The position numbers were made by a program, and so were the translations under genes. A stretch of 47,582 nt of DNA from Actinomycetota bacterium (GTDB lineage Bacteria; Actinomycetota; Thermoleophilia; Gaiellales; Gaiellaceae): NCBI GenBank assembly GCA_046732615.1, contig JBKPNM010000090.1:1-47582 (forward strand), given 5' to 3'. Positions within the stretch are counted from its first letter, which is position 1; every line of letters starts with the position of its first letter. Shown here piece after piece: positions 1 to 8,867 of the stretch. The notes beneath the pieces are model-generated. The model was not told the DNA's origin, made no database searches, and saw only the letters and a program-made list of their open reading frames with translations.

Positions 1-410
1 CCCTTGCCCCGCTCGGCCGTCCATTCCTCCCGTGAGCCGAAGTCGTAGACGTAGCCGAAGACGACGTCGTCCATCGTCGGCCCTTCCGCGACGGCGAGGG
101 ACAGGGAGAAGAAGGGAATGCCCCGCTTCGCGTTGACGGAACCGTCGATCGGATCGACGACGACGGTGAGCGGCCCGCCCGGGCCCACGACCCGCGTCCC
201 GATCTCCTCCGAGACGAGCGTCAGGCCGGTGCCGAGGTCGTCGAGTCGCCGCACGATCGCGCCCTCGGCGGCAGCGTCGATCGCGGTCGTGTCGTCGCCG
301 CCCTCTCCTGAACCGAGCACGGGCTCGCGCTCGAGGCGCGTTGCAAGCTTGGCGAGCACCGCTTCGAGATCGCGCGCGCAGTTACGCGAGACCTCGAGCC
401 ATTCGATCAC
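1..410 (-). CDS. Inositol monophosphatase / FBPase-family protein (runs off the window edge; C-terminus missing)
   Basis: Translated by hand; not in the ORF track. MIEWLEVSRNCARDLEAVLAKL...GGDDTTAIDAAAEGAIV...LVSEEIG...VVVDPIDGSVNAKRGIPFFSLSLAV contains the FIG-family motifs SEE and DPIDGS. The GTG start overlaps the DUF1015 stop (GTGA). Confidence 0.88.
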   Translation of the reverse strand, partial: MIEWLEVSRNCARDLEAVLAKLATRLEREPVLGSGEGGDDTTAIDAAAEGAIVRRLDDLGTGLTLVSEEIGTRVVGPGGPLTVVVDPIDGSVNAKRGIPFFSLSLAVAEGPTMDDVVFGYVYDFGSREEWTAERGK

Positions 411-1474
411 GCGTCGACGGGGTGGATCAGGAGCCCGGAGAGCAGCTTCGGGAAGAAGTAGGTCGCCTTCTGCGGCATCGTGCGTCCGTCCCGCGCGCGC
501 GCGAACACGTCCTCGACACGCAGCGGGCGCAGCAGGAAGGCGCAGTCGTCGTCGCCCACGAGCCGCGCGAGCGCCTCGCCGCGGTCGGGAGTGTACGAGA
601 GACCGTCGTGGCCGAATCGGTCGACGAGCTCGACGTCCAGCTCGCCGGCCCCCGCGCGGACAAGGCGAGCGTCGCTCCCGCGCACGAAGACGACCGCGGC
701 CTCGTCGTCCGGGACGGCGTCGAGGCAGTCGATCGCCGCCGCCACGCTCGAGAACGCCTCGCCGGGCGGATCGATGTCCGGACGACCAGCGAACACACGG
801 TGGGTAGGGAAGATCTCGAGTCCGGGGTCGGAGGTCGAGACGAGAACCGCGAGCAGTCGGTCGGCGCCGTCCTCGTGCGCAAAGGCGACCGCCGTCTCGT
901 AGCGGTGGTGACCGTCGGCGATCAGAAGCCTGACGTCCTCGAAGAACCCTTCGACGCCGGTCTCTCCGCCGATCCGCCACAGGCGGGTTCCCTCGACGTC
1001 GAGGTCGGGCGGACGGCTCTGCGGCCGCGAGAGCGGCGGCGTGCCCTCGTAGAGCAGGAAGATCGGCTCGAGCTGGGCCCGGGTCGCCCGCACAAGCGCG
1101 AGACGCCCCTCGATCGGCCCCGCGTGCGTGCGCTCGTGCGGAAGGACCGCACCGGTCTCGTACGGTTCCGCGCGCAGCGACGCGACGACCCCGGCACGCG
1201 AGCGCGCGACGCTGTCGGGCCCGACGAAGTCCTGCTCGAGCCACCAGACCGCCGGCGTCTCCTCGCGGACGAGCACCCCGTCGGCGAGCCAGTCGCGGAA
1301 CCGCTCTCCCGCCGTCTCCGCGTCGGGCTCGAGCGTCAGGCGGACGATGTTGTGCGGGTCGCGGGCGCGCAGCTCCTCCGCCGCGCGGGCGTCGAGGACG
1401 TCGTACGGCGGGGCGGTCTGCGCGTCGTCCGGCCGCGCGTAGCGAACCGCGCGGAACGAACGGACATCGGCCAC
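407..1474 (-). CDS. DUF1015 family protein
   Basis: N-terminal FRAVRY...PPYDV, VLPHERT, LIADGHHRYETA and C-terminal MPQKATYFFPKLLSGL are typical of DUF1015. Confidence 0.88.
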   Translation of the reverse strand: MADVRSFRAVRYARPDDAQTAPPYDVLDARAAEELRARDPHNIVRLTLEPDAETAGERFRDWLADGVLVREETPAVWWLEQDFVGPDSVARSRAGVVASLRAEPYETGAVLPHERTHAGPIEGRLALVRATRAQLEPIFLLYEGTPPLSRPQSRPPDLDVEGTRLWRIGGETGVEGFFEDVRLLIADGHHRYETAVAFAHEDGADRLLAVLVSTSDPGLEIFPTHRVFAGRPDIDPPGEAFSSVAAAIDCLDAVPDDEAAVVFVRGSDARLVRAGAGELDVELVDRFGHDGLSYTPDRGEALARLVGDDDCAFLLRPLRVEDVFARARDGRTMPQKATYFFPKLLSGLLIHPVDA

Positions 1475-1480
1475 CGCGCG

Positions 1481-1490
1481 AGCCTACACT
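1481..1490. promoter_or_regulatory. Overlapping back-to-back -10 hexamers (bidirectional leaderless promoter)
   Basis: AGCCTACACT gives TACACT (+) 6 nt before GTG 1497 and TAGGCT (-) 6 nt before GTG 1474. The starts are only 22 bp apart, with no room for a Shine-Dalgarno site. Confidence 0.65.
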
Positions 1491-1496
1491 CACCCG

Positions 1497-2333
1497 GTGG
1501 CGACCATCGCCGAGCTCGTCGAGGACCGCACCGTCGACGGGGTGTTCGCGGTCGCCCGCAAACGCCGCCTCACGACCCGCGGCGGGAAGCCCTACCTCGC
1601 ACTCGAGCTCGTCGACCCGAGCGGCCGCATCGAGGGCCGTGTCTGGGACGACGTCGATCTCCTCGACCGCCGCTTCGGCGAGGGAGACGCCGTGCGCGTG
1701 CTGGGCCGCGTGGAGCGCTTCGACGGCCGGCTCCAGCTCGCCGTGCGCACCGTCGAGACTGCGGGGGCCGATCCGGGCAGCCTCGTACCCACGTTGCGAC
1801 GCGACGCCGAGGAGCTCGAGGGGTTCCTCGAGTTCCTCGCCGCGGAGATCGCCCACCCCGGGCTCGCGGCCCTCGTCGGCCGCGTCCTGGCCGACGACGC
1901 CGTGCGGACCGGCATGCGGTCGCTTCCCGCGGCCGGCGCGGACGGGCATCACGGCTACGCAGGAGGGTTGCTCGAGCACACGGTCGGCGTCGCGACCGTC
2001 GCCCGCGAGACGGCGCAACACCATCCGCGACTGCGGGCCGACCTCCTCCTTGCGGCCGCGCTCCTCCACGACGTCGGACGCGTGCGCGAGCTCGGGCCCG
2101 CGCCATCGTTCCGGCCGACACGGGAGGGCGCGATCCTCGGTCACGTGCACCTCGGCGTGCGGCTCGTCGACGAGCGCGCGGACGGCCTCGACGAAACGAC
2201 ACGCGCAGAGGTTCTCCACGCGATCGCGACGCACCACGACCGCACGGCAACCCGGACGGCGGAGGCCGCCGTCCTGTACCACGCGAACCAGCTCGATGCC
2301 GTCGCGGCGACGCGGCCCGTCGGTAACGACTGA
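1497..2333 (+). CDS. OB-fold + HD-domain protein, YhaM/Cbf-like 3'-5' exoribonuclease
   Basis: OB-fold N-terminus (GKPYLALELVDPSGRIEGRVWD), then HHGYAGGLLEHT, ALLHDVGR, GHVHLG, HAIATHH and EAAVLYHANQLDA. Confidence 0.85.
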   Translation: MATIAELVEDRTVDGVFAVARKRRLTTRGGKPYLALELVDPSGRIEGRVWDDVDLLDRRFGEGDAVRVLGRVERFDGRLQLAVRTVETAGADPGSLVPTLRRDAEELEGFLEFLAAEIAHPGLAALVGRVLADDAVRTGMRSLPAAGADGHHGYAGGLLEHTVGVATVARETAQHHPRLRADLLLAAALLHDVGRVRELGPAPSFRPTREGAILGHVHLGVRLVDERADGLDETTRAEVLHAIATHHDRTATRTAEAAVLYHANQLDAVAATRPVGND

Positions 2334-2336
2334 GAC

Positions 2337-3275
2337 TCAGACGTTGAAGCGGACGTTGAGCACGTCGCCGTCGGCGACGACGTAGGTCTTGCCCTCGAGC
2401 CGCTGCGTCCCACGGCGAGCGGCCTCGGCATGCGACCCCGCGTCGAGGAGGTCGTCGGCGGAGATCACCTCACAGCGGATGAAGCCCCGCGCGATGTCGG
2501 TGTGGATGGTCGCCGCCGCGTCGAGCGCCGTCTCGCCGCTTCGGAGCGTCCATGCGCGCGTCTCCTTCTCCCCCGCGGTGAAGAACGTGATCAGCTCGAG
2601 CGCGTCCTTCAGCCGCCCGACGACCTCGTCGAGGGCCGACCGGCCGTCCCGGAACTCCGCCGCCTCCTCCTCGGAGAGCTCCGCGAGCTCCGCCTCGAGC
2701 TTGCAGTCGATCCCGCCGGGGCCGTTCTCGACGGCCAGCAGCGGCTTGGTCGTCAGCGGGTCGAGCTCGGGCGGCAGCTCGCCTGGCCAGTCGGCGAGGG
2801 TCCGGCCCGCGTCGAGGTGGGCGAGCAGCGCGTCGAGCTGCGCGAGCTCCGCGCGCTTCGCCGCGTCGCCGGACTTCGCCTCCTTCGCGACACGCTCGCG
2901 GCGCCGCTCGACGTGATCCCGGTCGGCGACGAGCAGCTCGAGCCGGAGCGTCTCGAGGTCGTCCTCGGGCGTCGCGCCGTCGGAGAAGCCGTCGAGCACC
3001 GCGAGGATCGCGTCGACCTGGCGGAGGTTCCCGAGGAGCTGCGGCCCGGTGCCCGGCACGTCGACGACCCGGATCGCCGCCGGCGTGATTTTCTTCGCCC
3101 CGACGAGTGCGGCCAGCCGGTCGAGGCGGTCGTCGGCGATCGTCGCCATGCCGACGTTCGGCTTGTCGGTCACCGACGCGTAGGCGGTGATCTCCGCGCC
3201 CGCGCGGGTGAGCGCGTTGAACAGCGTCGTCTTGCCGCTGTTCGGTAGCCCCACGATCCCGACCTCGAGCGCCAT
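2337..3275 (-). CDS. ychF: YchF/OLA1-family ATPase (compact form)
   Basis: VGIVGLPNSGKTTLFNALT P-loop; TGS domain LITFFTAGEKETRAWT, IHTDIARGFIRCEVI, RLEGKTYVVADGDVLNVRFNV. Confidence 0.9.
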   Translation of the reverse strand: MALEVGIVGLPNSGKTTLFNALTRAGAEITAYASVTDKPNVGMATIADDRLDRLAALVGAKKITPAAIRVVDVPGTGPQLLGNLRQVDAILAVLDGFSDGATPEDDLETLRLELLVADRDHVERRRERVAKEAKSGDAAKRAELAQLDALLAHLDAGRTLADWPGELPPELDPLTTKPLLAVENGPGGIDCKLEAELAELSEEEAAEFRDGRSALDEVVGRLKDALELITFFTAGEKETRAWTLRSGETALDAAATIHTDIARGFIRCEVISADDLLDAGSHAEAARRGTQRLEGKTYVVADGDVLNVRFNV

Positions 3276-3308
3276 CGGGGCGTCAGGGTAGTCGTCGCCC
3301 GGCCGGGG

Positions 3309-3536
3309 CTAGTGCGACTGGAAGCCCGGCTGAGAGCCTCTCCTGTACCGCTTGAGGTACACGACGCGCGGCACGGCGACGGTGATGCGGCCGTCGTCCG
3401 TCTCGAGCTCGACCGTGCCGCCGGCGCCTGCGGTGACGGCGCGCTCCACGGCGTCGGCGGCGTCGGAAGACACCATCGCGGCGATGATCTGCCCGCCGTC
3501 GAAGGCGAGCTCGATACGAATCGAATCGTCAGACAG
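3309..3536 (-). CDS. Small conserved-looking hypothetical protein (75 aa, loosely DUF3107-like), probable CTG start
   Basis: Not in the ORF track. Reads (L)[74 protein letters not shown] with coding-like GC3. It fills the mce-ychF gap, and GAGGTG lies upstream of the CTG. Confidence 0.65.
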   Translation of the reverse strand: MSDDSIRIELAFDGGQIIAAMVSSDAADAVERAVTAGAGGTVELETDDGRITVAVPRVVYLKRYRRGSQPGFQSH

Positions 3537-3933
3537 GGCACACCACCTCGGTCAGGACGCCGTGCACGGCGTCGGGATGGACGAAGGCGACCTCGAGCCC
3601 GAACAGCCCTCGGCGCGGCTCGGCGTCGATCAGCTCGGCGCCCTTGCGCTCGAGATCGGCGAGCGCCGCGCCCACGTCGTCGACCTCGTACGCGACGTGG
3701 TGCATTCCCGGCCCCCGCTTCGCGAGGAAGCGCCCGACCGGCGTGTCGTCGCCAGTCGGTGCGAGGAGCTCGACGCGGTCGGCTCCCACGAGCACCGAGG
3801 CGGCTTCGACGCCCTGCTCCTCCACCCGCTCGCGGTGCTCCAGGGTCGCGCCGAAGAGCTCCGTGTAGGTGGAGACGGCCTCGTCCAGGTCTGCCACGGC
3901 GAAGCCGACATGATGGACCCCCCGGGCGCTCAC
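3529..3933 (-). CDS. mce: Methylmalonyl-CoA epimerase (VOC family)
   Basis: [48 protein letters not shown]...GVLTE. Confidence 0.9.
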   Translation of the reverse strand: MSARGVHHVGFAVADLDEAVSTYTELFGATLEHRERVEEQGVEAASVLVGADRVELLAPTGDDTPVGRFLAKRGPGMHHVAYEVDDVGAALADLERKGAELIDAEPRRGLFGLEVAFVHPDAVHGVLTEVVCPV

Positions 3934-4538
3934 GCCGCGATCGTACTCGGCCGGTTTCTCGGCGGGACGAGCACGTCGTCGACGAGCCCGTACTCGACCG
4001 CCTCGGCTGGAGTCATGAACCGGTCGCGGTCGATGTCGTCGAGGACCTGCTCGGTCGCGCGACCCGAGTGGCGCGCGATGATCTCCGCCATCTGGCGCGT
4101 GGTCGACTCGACCTCCCGCGCCGCGATCGTGACGTCCGTCGGCGCGCCGCGGAATCCGGCCGACCCCTGGTGGATCATCAGCTTCGCGTTCGGCAGCGCG
4201 AAGCGCTTCCCGGCCGCGCCCGCCGCGACGATCATCGCCGCCGCGGACATCCCCATCCCGAAGCAGATCGTCGAGACGTCGGGACGCACGTGCTGCATCG
4301 CGTCGTAGATCGCGAGCCCCGCGTAGACCTCACCGCCCGGTGAGTTGACGTACAGCGCGATGTCCTTGTCGGGATCCTCCGCTTCGAGGAACAGGAGCTG
4401 GCCGACGATCAGGTTCGCGAGCTCCTCGTCGACGGGGCGGCCGAGGAACACGATCCGGTCACGCAGGAGCCGCGAGTACAGGTCGAACGCGCGCTCGGCG
4501 CGGCCGTCGGCCTCGAGCACGGTCGGGATCAGCGGCAT
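3930..4538 (-). CDS. clpP: ATP-dependent Clp protease proteolytic subunit
   Basis: MPLIPTVLE...[27 protein letters not shown]; catalytic S (GMGMSAA), H (MIHQ) and D (DRDRFM) are present. AAGGAGG RBS precedes ATG 4538, so the 547-aa ORF call is over-extended. Confidence 0.93.
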   Translation of the reverse strand: MPLIPTVLEADGRAERAFDLYSRLLRDRIVFLGRPVDEELANLIVGQLLFLEAEDPDKDIALYVNSPGGEVYAGLAIYDAMQHVRPDVSTICFGMGMSAAAMIVAAGAAGKRFALPNAKLMIHQGSAGFRGAPTDVTIAAREVESTTRQMAEIIARHSGRATEQVLDDIDRDRFMTPAEAVEYGLVDDVLVPPRNRPSTIAA

Positions 4539-4557
4539 GACGGCCTCCTTCGCTAAC

Positions 4558-4602
4558 GTGCAACCCTGGAGTTGCACACTATACGCAACTTGGAGGTTGC
4601 AC
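4558..4602. promoter_or_regulatory. Two tandem palindromic operators GTGCAAC-N6-GTTGCAC flanking a -10 element
   Basis: GTGCAAC cctgga GTTGCAC (4558-4577, perfect) and ACGCAAC ttggag GTTGCAC (4583-4602). TATAGT (-) at 4578-4583 lies between them. Confidence 0.8.
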
Positions 4603-4947
4603 ATGGAGGTCACGCGGTCGATTGTCCTGCCCGTCACCCGCGACGAGGCGTGGGAGGCGCTCACCGAGCCCGAGCGGTTGCGCGAGTGGTTCGCGAACGA
4701 CGTCGAGCTCGACGTGCGACCCGGCGGCGAGGGGGTGTTCCGGTGGGAGAACGGCGAGTCGCGCCGCGCGGTCGTCGACGAGGTGGACGAGGGCGAGCGG
4801 CTCGTCCTGCGCTGGGACGACGACGGCCGCGTCGAGCTCGCGCTCGACGACGCTCCCGCCGGGACGCGCGTGCTCGTCCGCGAGACCGCGCCCGAGTGGG
4901 GCGTCGCGCTCGAGCTCGAGGCGTGCGCGGCATGGGCGATCGCGTAG
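4603..4947 (+). CDS. SRPBCC/AHSA1 (START-like) domain protein
   Basis: [30 protein letters not shown]...[12 protein letters not shown]; overlaps the ArsR gene. Confidence 0.85.
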   Translation: MEVTRSIVLPVTRDEAWEALTEPERLREWFANDVELDVRPGGEGVFRWENGESRRAVVDEVDEGERLVLRWDDDGRVELALDDAPAGTRVLVRETAPEWGVALELEACAAWAIA

Positions 4948-5273
4948 AGGCCGTCTTCTCCGCGCTCGCCGACCCGAGCCGGCGGTTCGTGGTGGAGCGG
5001 CTGGCGGCGAGCGGGACGGCGACGCCGACGGAGCTCGCCGGCGAGCTCCCCGTCAGCCGCCAGGCCGTCGCAAAGCACCTGGCGTCGCTCGAGGCGGCCG
5101 GGCTCGTGCACGGGACGCGGGTCGGCCGGAACACCGTCTACCGGCTCGACCCCGCCCCGCTGTCCGCGGCGAGCGAGTGGATCGCGCGCGTCGGCGCGGA
5201 ATGGGACCAGCGCCTCGCCGCCCTCGCCGCCCACCTGGGCCGGGAGGGCGATCGCAGCGCTCCCGACGGTTAG
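4932..5273 (+). CDS. ArsR/SmtB-family transcriptional regulator
   Basis: [17 protein letters not shown]...[27 protein letters not shown]...GRNTVYRL...WDQRLAAL. Confidence 0.92.
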   Translation: MGDRVEAVFSALADPSRRFVVERLAASGTATPTELAGELPVSRQAVAKHLASLEAAGLVHGTRVGRNTVYRLDPAPLSAASEWIARVGAEWDQRLAALAAHLGREGDRSAPDG

Positions 5274-5653
5274 GTGGCGACCGGGCGGTGACCCGCGGGG
5301 CGCCACACGTGCCTCAGCGTCGCGCCGAGCCACAGCACGACGGTCGCGAGCACGAGCAGTGACAGCGCGGTGAGCGAGCCGGTCGCGATCGCGAGGATCG
5401 CGAGCACGCCTGTCAGCGCGCCGACGGCGGAGAGCAGCTTTACGGACGTGCTCGCCTCGCGGCCGGCTTCGAGCTCGTCGGAGGCCGAGCCGAGCGCGCA
5501 CGTCGCTGCTCCGAGCAGCGTGACGCCCACGGCGGCCCACCGGTAGCTCGAGCCGACGAACCAGACGTCCCACGACTGGTGCGCCGCGAAGAAGACGAGC
5601 ACGGCGAAACCCGTCAGCAGCGTTGCTGCTCCGTCCTTCCAGGTGAGACCCAT
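5270..5653 (-). CDS. Hypothetical membrane protein (about 4 TM)
   Basis: Strong RBS AAAGGAGGTGA before ATG 5653; four hydrophobic segments. Confidence 0.75.
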   Translation of the reverse strand: MGLTWKDGAATLLTGFAVLVFFAAHQSWDVWFVGSSYRWAAVGVTLLGAATCALGSASDELEAGREASTSVKLLSAVGALTGVLAILAIATGSLTALSLLVLATVVLWLGATLRHVWRPAGHRPVAT

Positions 5654-5763
5654 CCCGTCACCTCCTTTCGCTGTCAGCGTCGCATCGGGACGCCGCGTTG
5701 ACATCCGTGTCGCCGCGGACGGCGGCAGAGCACTTCTCCGCACCCGGACGCGAGCCGCGGGTG

Positions 5764-6393
5764 CTACGCGGCCGACGCGACGACGTCGTCGGCCGTTGTG
5801 AACCGGACGCCTGCATCGCGCCAGCGGGCGAGGGCTGCAGCGGAGCCAGCCACGGAGAGCCCCCGCGAGGCGGCCTCGACGCAGGCAACCCGGTAGCCGC
5901 GAGCGAGGAGACCGGCGATCGCGGCGTCGTTGCAGACGTCGGTGGCCACGCCGAAGACGATCGCCTCGTCGGGCGCGAGCGCCTCGAGGAGCGGCTCGAG
6001 GTTCGGGTTGGAGAAAGCGCTGTAGGTCTTCTTCAGGAGGAGAAGCTCACGGCGCCCTTCGACGAGGCGCGGCAAGAGCCCCGGGGGGTAGGGCGTGAGC
6101 GAGATCGGGAGCGGGTCGCGCTGTGCCGTCTCGGCGATCCTCGCGGAACCCGGGGTGCCGCGGAGGCAGTGCGGCGGGTAGGTCGCCTCGAAGTCGGGCT
6201 CGTCGGAGATCTCGGGATCCGTCAGCTCGTGGTCGTCGGCCGTCGCCAGGTGGGTGATGCCCTGCTCCTCCGCCCAGCGGACGAGCCTCGCCATCGCCGG
6301 AACGGCATCCTCGGCGCCCGGAACGGGGAGCTTCCCCGCGGCTTGCACGAAATCGACCTGAGTGTCGACGTCCCAGAGAAGGAGGCCGCTCAT
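5764..6393 (-). CDS. Isochorismatase-family cysteine hydrolase, probable nicotinamidase (PncA-like)
   Basis: WDVDTQVDF, D-x-H, YPPHCLRGTPG, KKTYSAF, GVATDVC; in an operon with the NAPRTase. Confidence 0.85.
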   Translation of the reverse strand: MSGLLLWDVDTQVDFVQAAGKLPVPGAEDAVPAMARLVRWAEEQGITHLATADDHELTDPEISDEPDFEATYPPHCLRGTPGSARIAETAQRDPLPISLTPYPPGLLPRLVEGRRELLLLKKTYSAFSNPNLEPLLEALAPDEAIVFGVATDVCNDAAIAGLLARGYRVACVEAASRGLSVAGSAAALARWRDAGVRFTTADDVVASAA

Positions 6394-6950
6394 GCGTCCA
6401 CACCGGCAGGCGTCGCAGCTCGATACTGCCAGCCCTCACGCCAGTCGAACGGCGCGACGACGAGGTCCTCGAGCGGCGTCCCGTCGAGAAGGTGATCGAG
6501 AGCCCAGCGGGTCGCCGTGTGACCGATGAGCAGGACTCTGCGATCGCGGCGATCCGTGACGAGCTCCTCGAGGAGCGCCTGCACGCGCTCCGTTGCCTCC
6601 CTGTAGCTCTCGCCGCCGGGGAACGGCACGTCGACCCGCCGGAGGCGCTCGCGCGCCACCGCGTCAGCGGGCGCGCCGTTCAGGTCGCCGTAGTCGATCT
6701 CCCGCAGCCGCCAGTCGAGCCGCACGGGTATCGACCTCTGGCCGAAGGCGATCTCCGCCGTCTCGACGGCACGGGCAAGGTCCGAGCAGAGCACCACGTC
6801 GATCCCGTCGTGGCGGCGCCGCGCGCCGAGCTCGGCAGCGAGCGCGCGGCCTCGCTCGGAGAGCACGCCGCCGAGCCAGCCCGTCGCGACCCCGCCCTCG
6901 TTGTCCGTCGTCAGCGCATGCGTCTCGAAGACGAGCGCGACGCCGTCCAT
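6390..6950 (-). CDS. Histidine phosphatase family protein
   Basis: FETHALT (variant RHG), LSERGR, SDLARAVETA, LREIDYGD, PGGES, VLLIGH. Confidence 0.85.
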   Translation of the reverse strand: MDGVALVFETHALTTDNEGGVATGWLGGVLSERGRALAAELGARRRHDGIDVVLCSDLARAVETAEIAFGQRSIPVRLDWRLREIDYGDLNGAPADAVARERLRRVDVPFPGGESYREATERVQALLEELVTDRRDRRVLLIGHTATRWALDHLLDGTPLEDLVVAPFDWREGWQYRAATPAGVDA

Positions 6951-8041
6951 CACTCGACGAGCTCCAGCCGCGGGCTCGGCCGGTAGCGGCGCCCGATCTT
7001 CGCGGTCGGGCGGCCGTCCGTCATCACGATGTCGGCCGTGAAGTCGTTCTCCCCGCGGATGAGCGACGACCCGACCCCGTAGGCGTCGACGGGCACACCG
7101 AGGCGCTCGAAAGACTCGATCTTCTCGACCGTGAAGCCGCCGGAGGCGACGATGCGGACGCGCTCGAAGCCGTCCTCGTCGAGCGCGGCACGGACCTTGC
7201 GGACGAGGCGCTCGTTCACGCCACGCGGGTCGAAATCCCCCATCTCGCCCCACAGCGCGCGGTCGACAAGCTGGCTCGACGTGTCGAGCCGCACCCCCCA
7301 GAGCCTCGGCCCGAGGGCACGGGCGACGTCGAGCGCCGTCCGCACCGAGTCGTTGTCGTAGTCGACGAGCACCGTGATGCGGAAGTCCTCGGGGGCCCAC
7401 TCGGCGAACTTCGTCGCGGCCAGGACGGTGTTGCCGCCGTAGGCAGCGATCAGCGCGTGGGGCACCGTCCCGAGTCCTCTCCCACCCCACCACGACGCCT
7501 GGGCGTCGGACGTGACGCCGATCTCGGCGCCGAGCACGGCGCCGGCGACGAAGGCCGCATAGCCGTCGCCCGTCTGCACGCGGTGGTGGTCGTGTCTCGC
7601 GGGCATGAAGATGATCGGCTTGCCGTTCGCCGCCTCGACGACGCGGGCGGTGTTCGTCGCGATGAGCGTACGGCGCGCGAGCGTCCCGAGGACGACGGTC
7701 TCGAGGTGGGCGAAGGTCGTGTAGTCGCCCTCGATCGTCATGACGGTCTCCCACGGCTCTGCACGGTCGCCGTCGCGTAGGGCATGGACGGTAAGGCCGG
7801 CCCAGTCGTACGAGCAGAGCTCGAGGATCGCGATCGCCTCGTCCATCCCGCCGAGCATCGCGCGCTTGCGCTGGAACAGCTGCATGACGACGCGGGGACG
7901 GCGCCCGTCGTGGAGCAGCGCAGACCGGGTGTGGTTGAAGTACGCGTCGCTGTAGTAGCCGTCGCGCATCTTCTCGACCGGAAGGTCGAAGATCTCGGGG
8001 TGGAGCCGGTCCCGGCGAGGACGTGCCGGGGCGAGAGTCAC
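6950..8041 (-). CDS. Nicotinate/quinolinate phosphoribosyltransferase family (PncB-like)
   Basis: YSDAYF, LETVVLGTLAR, GTVPHALI, VLVDYDND, GVRLDTS, IVASGGF, YGVGS. GTG start overlaps the DUF1385 stop. Confidence 0.88.
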   Translation of the reverse strand: MTLAPARPRRDRLHPEIFDLPVEKMRDGYYSDAYFNHTRSALLHDGRRPRVVMQLFQRKRAMLGGMDEAIAILELCSYDWAGLTVHALRDGDRAEPWETVMTIEGDYTTFAHLETVVLGTLARRTLIATNTARVVEAANGKPIIFMPARHDHHRVQTGDGYAAFVAGAVLGAEIGVTSDAQASWWGGRGLGTVPHALIAAYGGNTVLAATKFAEWAPEDFRITVLVDYDNDSVRTALDVARALGPRLWGVRLDTSSQLVDRALWGEMGDFDPRGVNERLVRKVRAALDEDGFERVRIVASGGFTVEKIESFERLGVPVDAYGVGSSLIRGENDFTADIVMTDGRPTAKIGRRYRPSPRLELVE

Positions 8042-8811
8042 GCGGCTTCGCGCTCCGCTTCGAGCACCGCCTGCAGCGCCGCCTCCGCGACCTCGAGCTG
8101 CTCGGGGCTCGGTTCGCTCGTCGACAGACGGCGCTGGAGCTCGGTTCCGGGGCGCGCGAGCGCGCGCGAGAGGCGACTGCCCTGGTGCCGGCTCATCCAG
8201 CCGAAGACCTCGACCGCCGCCCCGACGGCGCCGATCGCTCCGACGATCCGCGCGGTCGTGCGGTGACGCGCCGGTGCGAGCTCGGCGGCCGCGCCGGCAA
8301 GGGCCGTCGCGATCGCCAGTGGGCCGACGAGGTGCGAGCCGCAGCGGTCGTGCTCCTTCGGCGCGCGCTCGCCGGTCTCGTACGTCCCGATCGAGACGTG
8401 CTCGGCCCCGTGGTACGAGGTCAGCTGCTCGCCGCGGAGCGCGACGAGGGCGGGAACGAGCGACGCGAGCACGACCGCTGCCTCGCGCGGGACGAGAGGC
8501 AGCGACGAGCGGCGCACGAGGCTCGCGCTCGTCGAGGCTGCGACGAGCGCGACCGCGACCGCCGGGCGCTCGAAGGCGAGGCGTGCCTCCGGCAGGACTC
8601 GCTTCATCGCCGGGAGGACGGCGAACGCCTCCGCGAGCTTCAGCGGCCCGCGCACGAGCGGCACCGACCCGCCGGCGGCGAACGTCGGCTTCGGCCCGGA
8701 AGCGGCCTTGATCGTCCCGTCGGGAAGACGGACGGCAGCGCCCCACGTCCTCGGGCCGTGGACGAGCACGCCGTTCTGCAAGGCCATTCCGCCGAGCCGC
8801 AGCTTCTCCAT
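8038..8811 (-). CDS. DUF1385 family protein
   Basis: LGGMALQNGV, YHGAEH, HDRCGS, STSEPSPEQLEVA. TACGCT -10 lies 6 nt upstream of the ATG (leaderless). Confidence 0.85.
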   Translation of the reverse strand: MEKLRLGGMALQNGVLVHGPRTWGAAVRLPDGTIKAASGPKPTFAAGGSVPLVRGPLKLAEAFAVLPAMKRVLPEARLAFERPAVAVALVAASTSASLVRRSSLPLVPREAAVVLASLVPALVALRGEQLTSYHGAEHVSIGTYETGERAPKEHDRCGSHLVGPLAIATALAGAAAELAPARHRTTARIVGAIGAVGAAVEVFGWMSRHQGSRLSRALARPGTELQRRLSTSEPSPEQLEVAEAALQAVLEAEREAA

Positions 8812-8867
8812 GCCCGGAGCGTAGCGCGGTCTCCGCGGGTGGCGCACGCGGCGCCGGGCGGGTCTCC

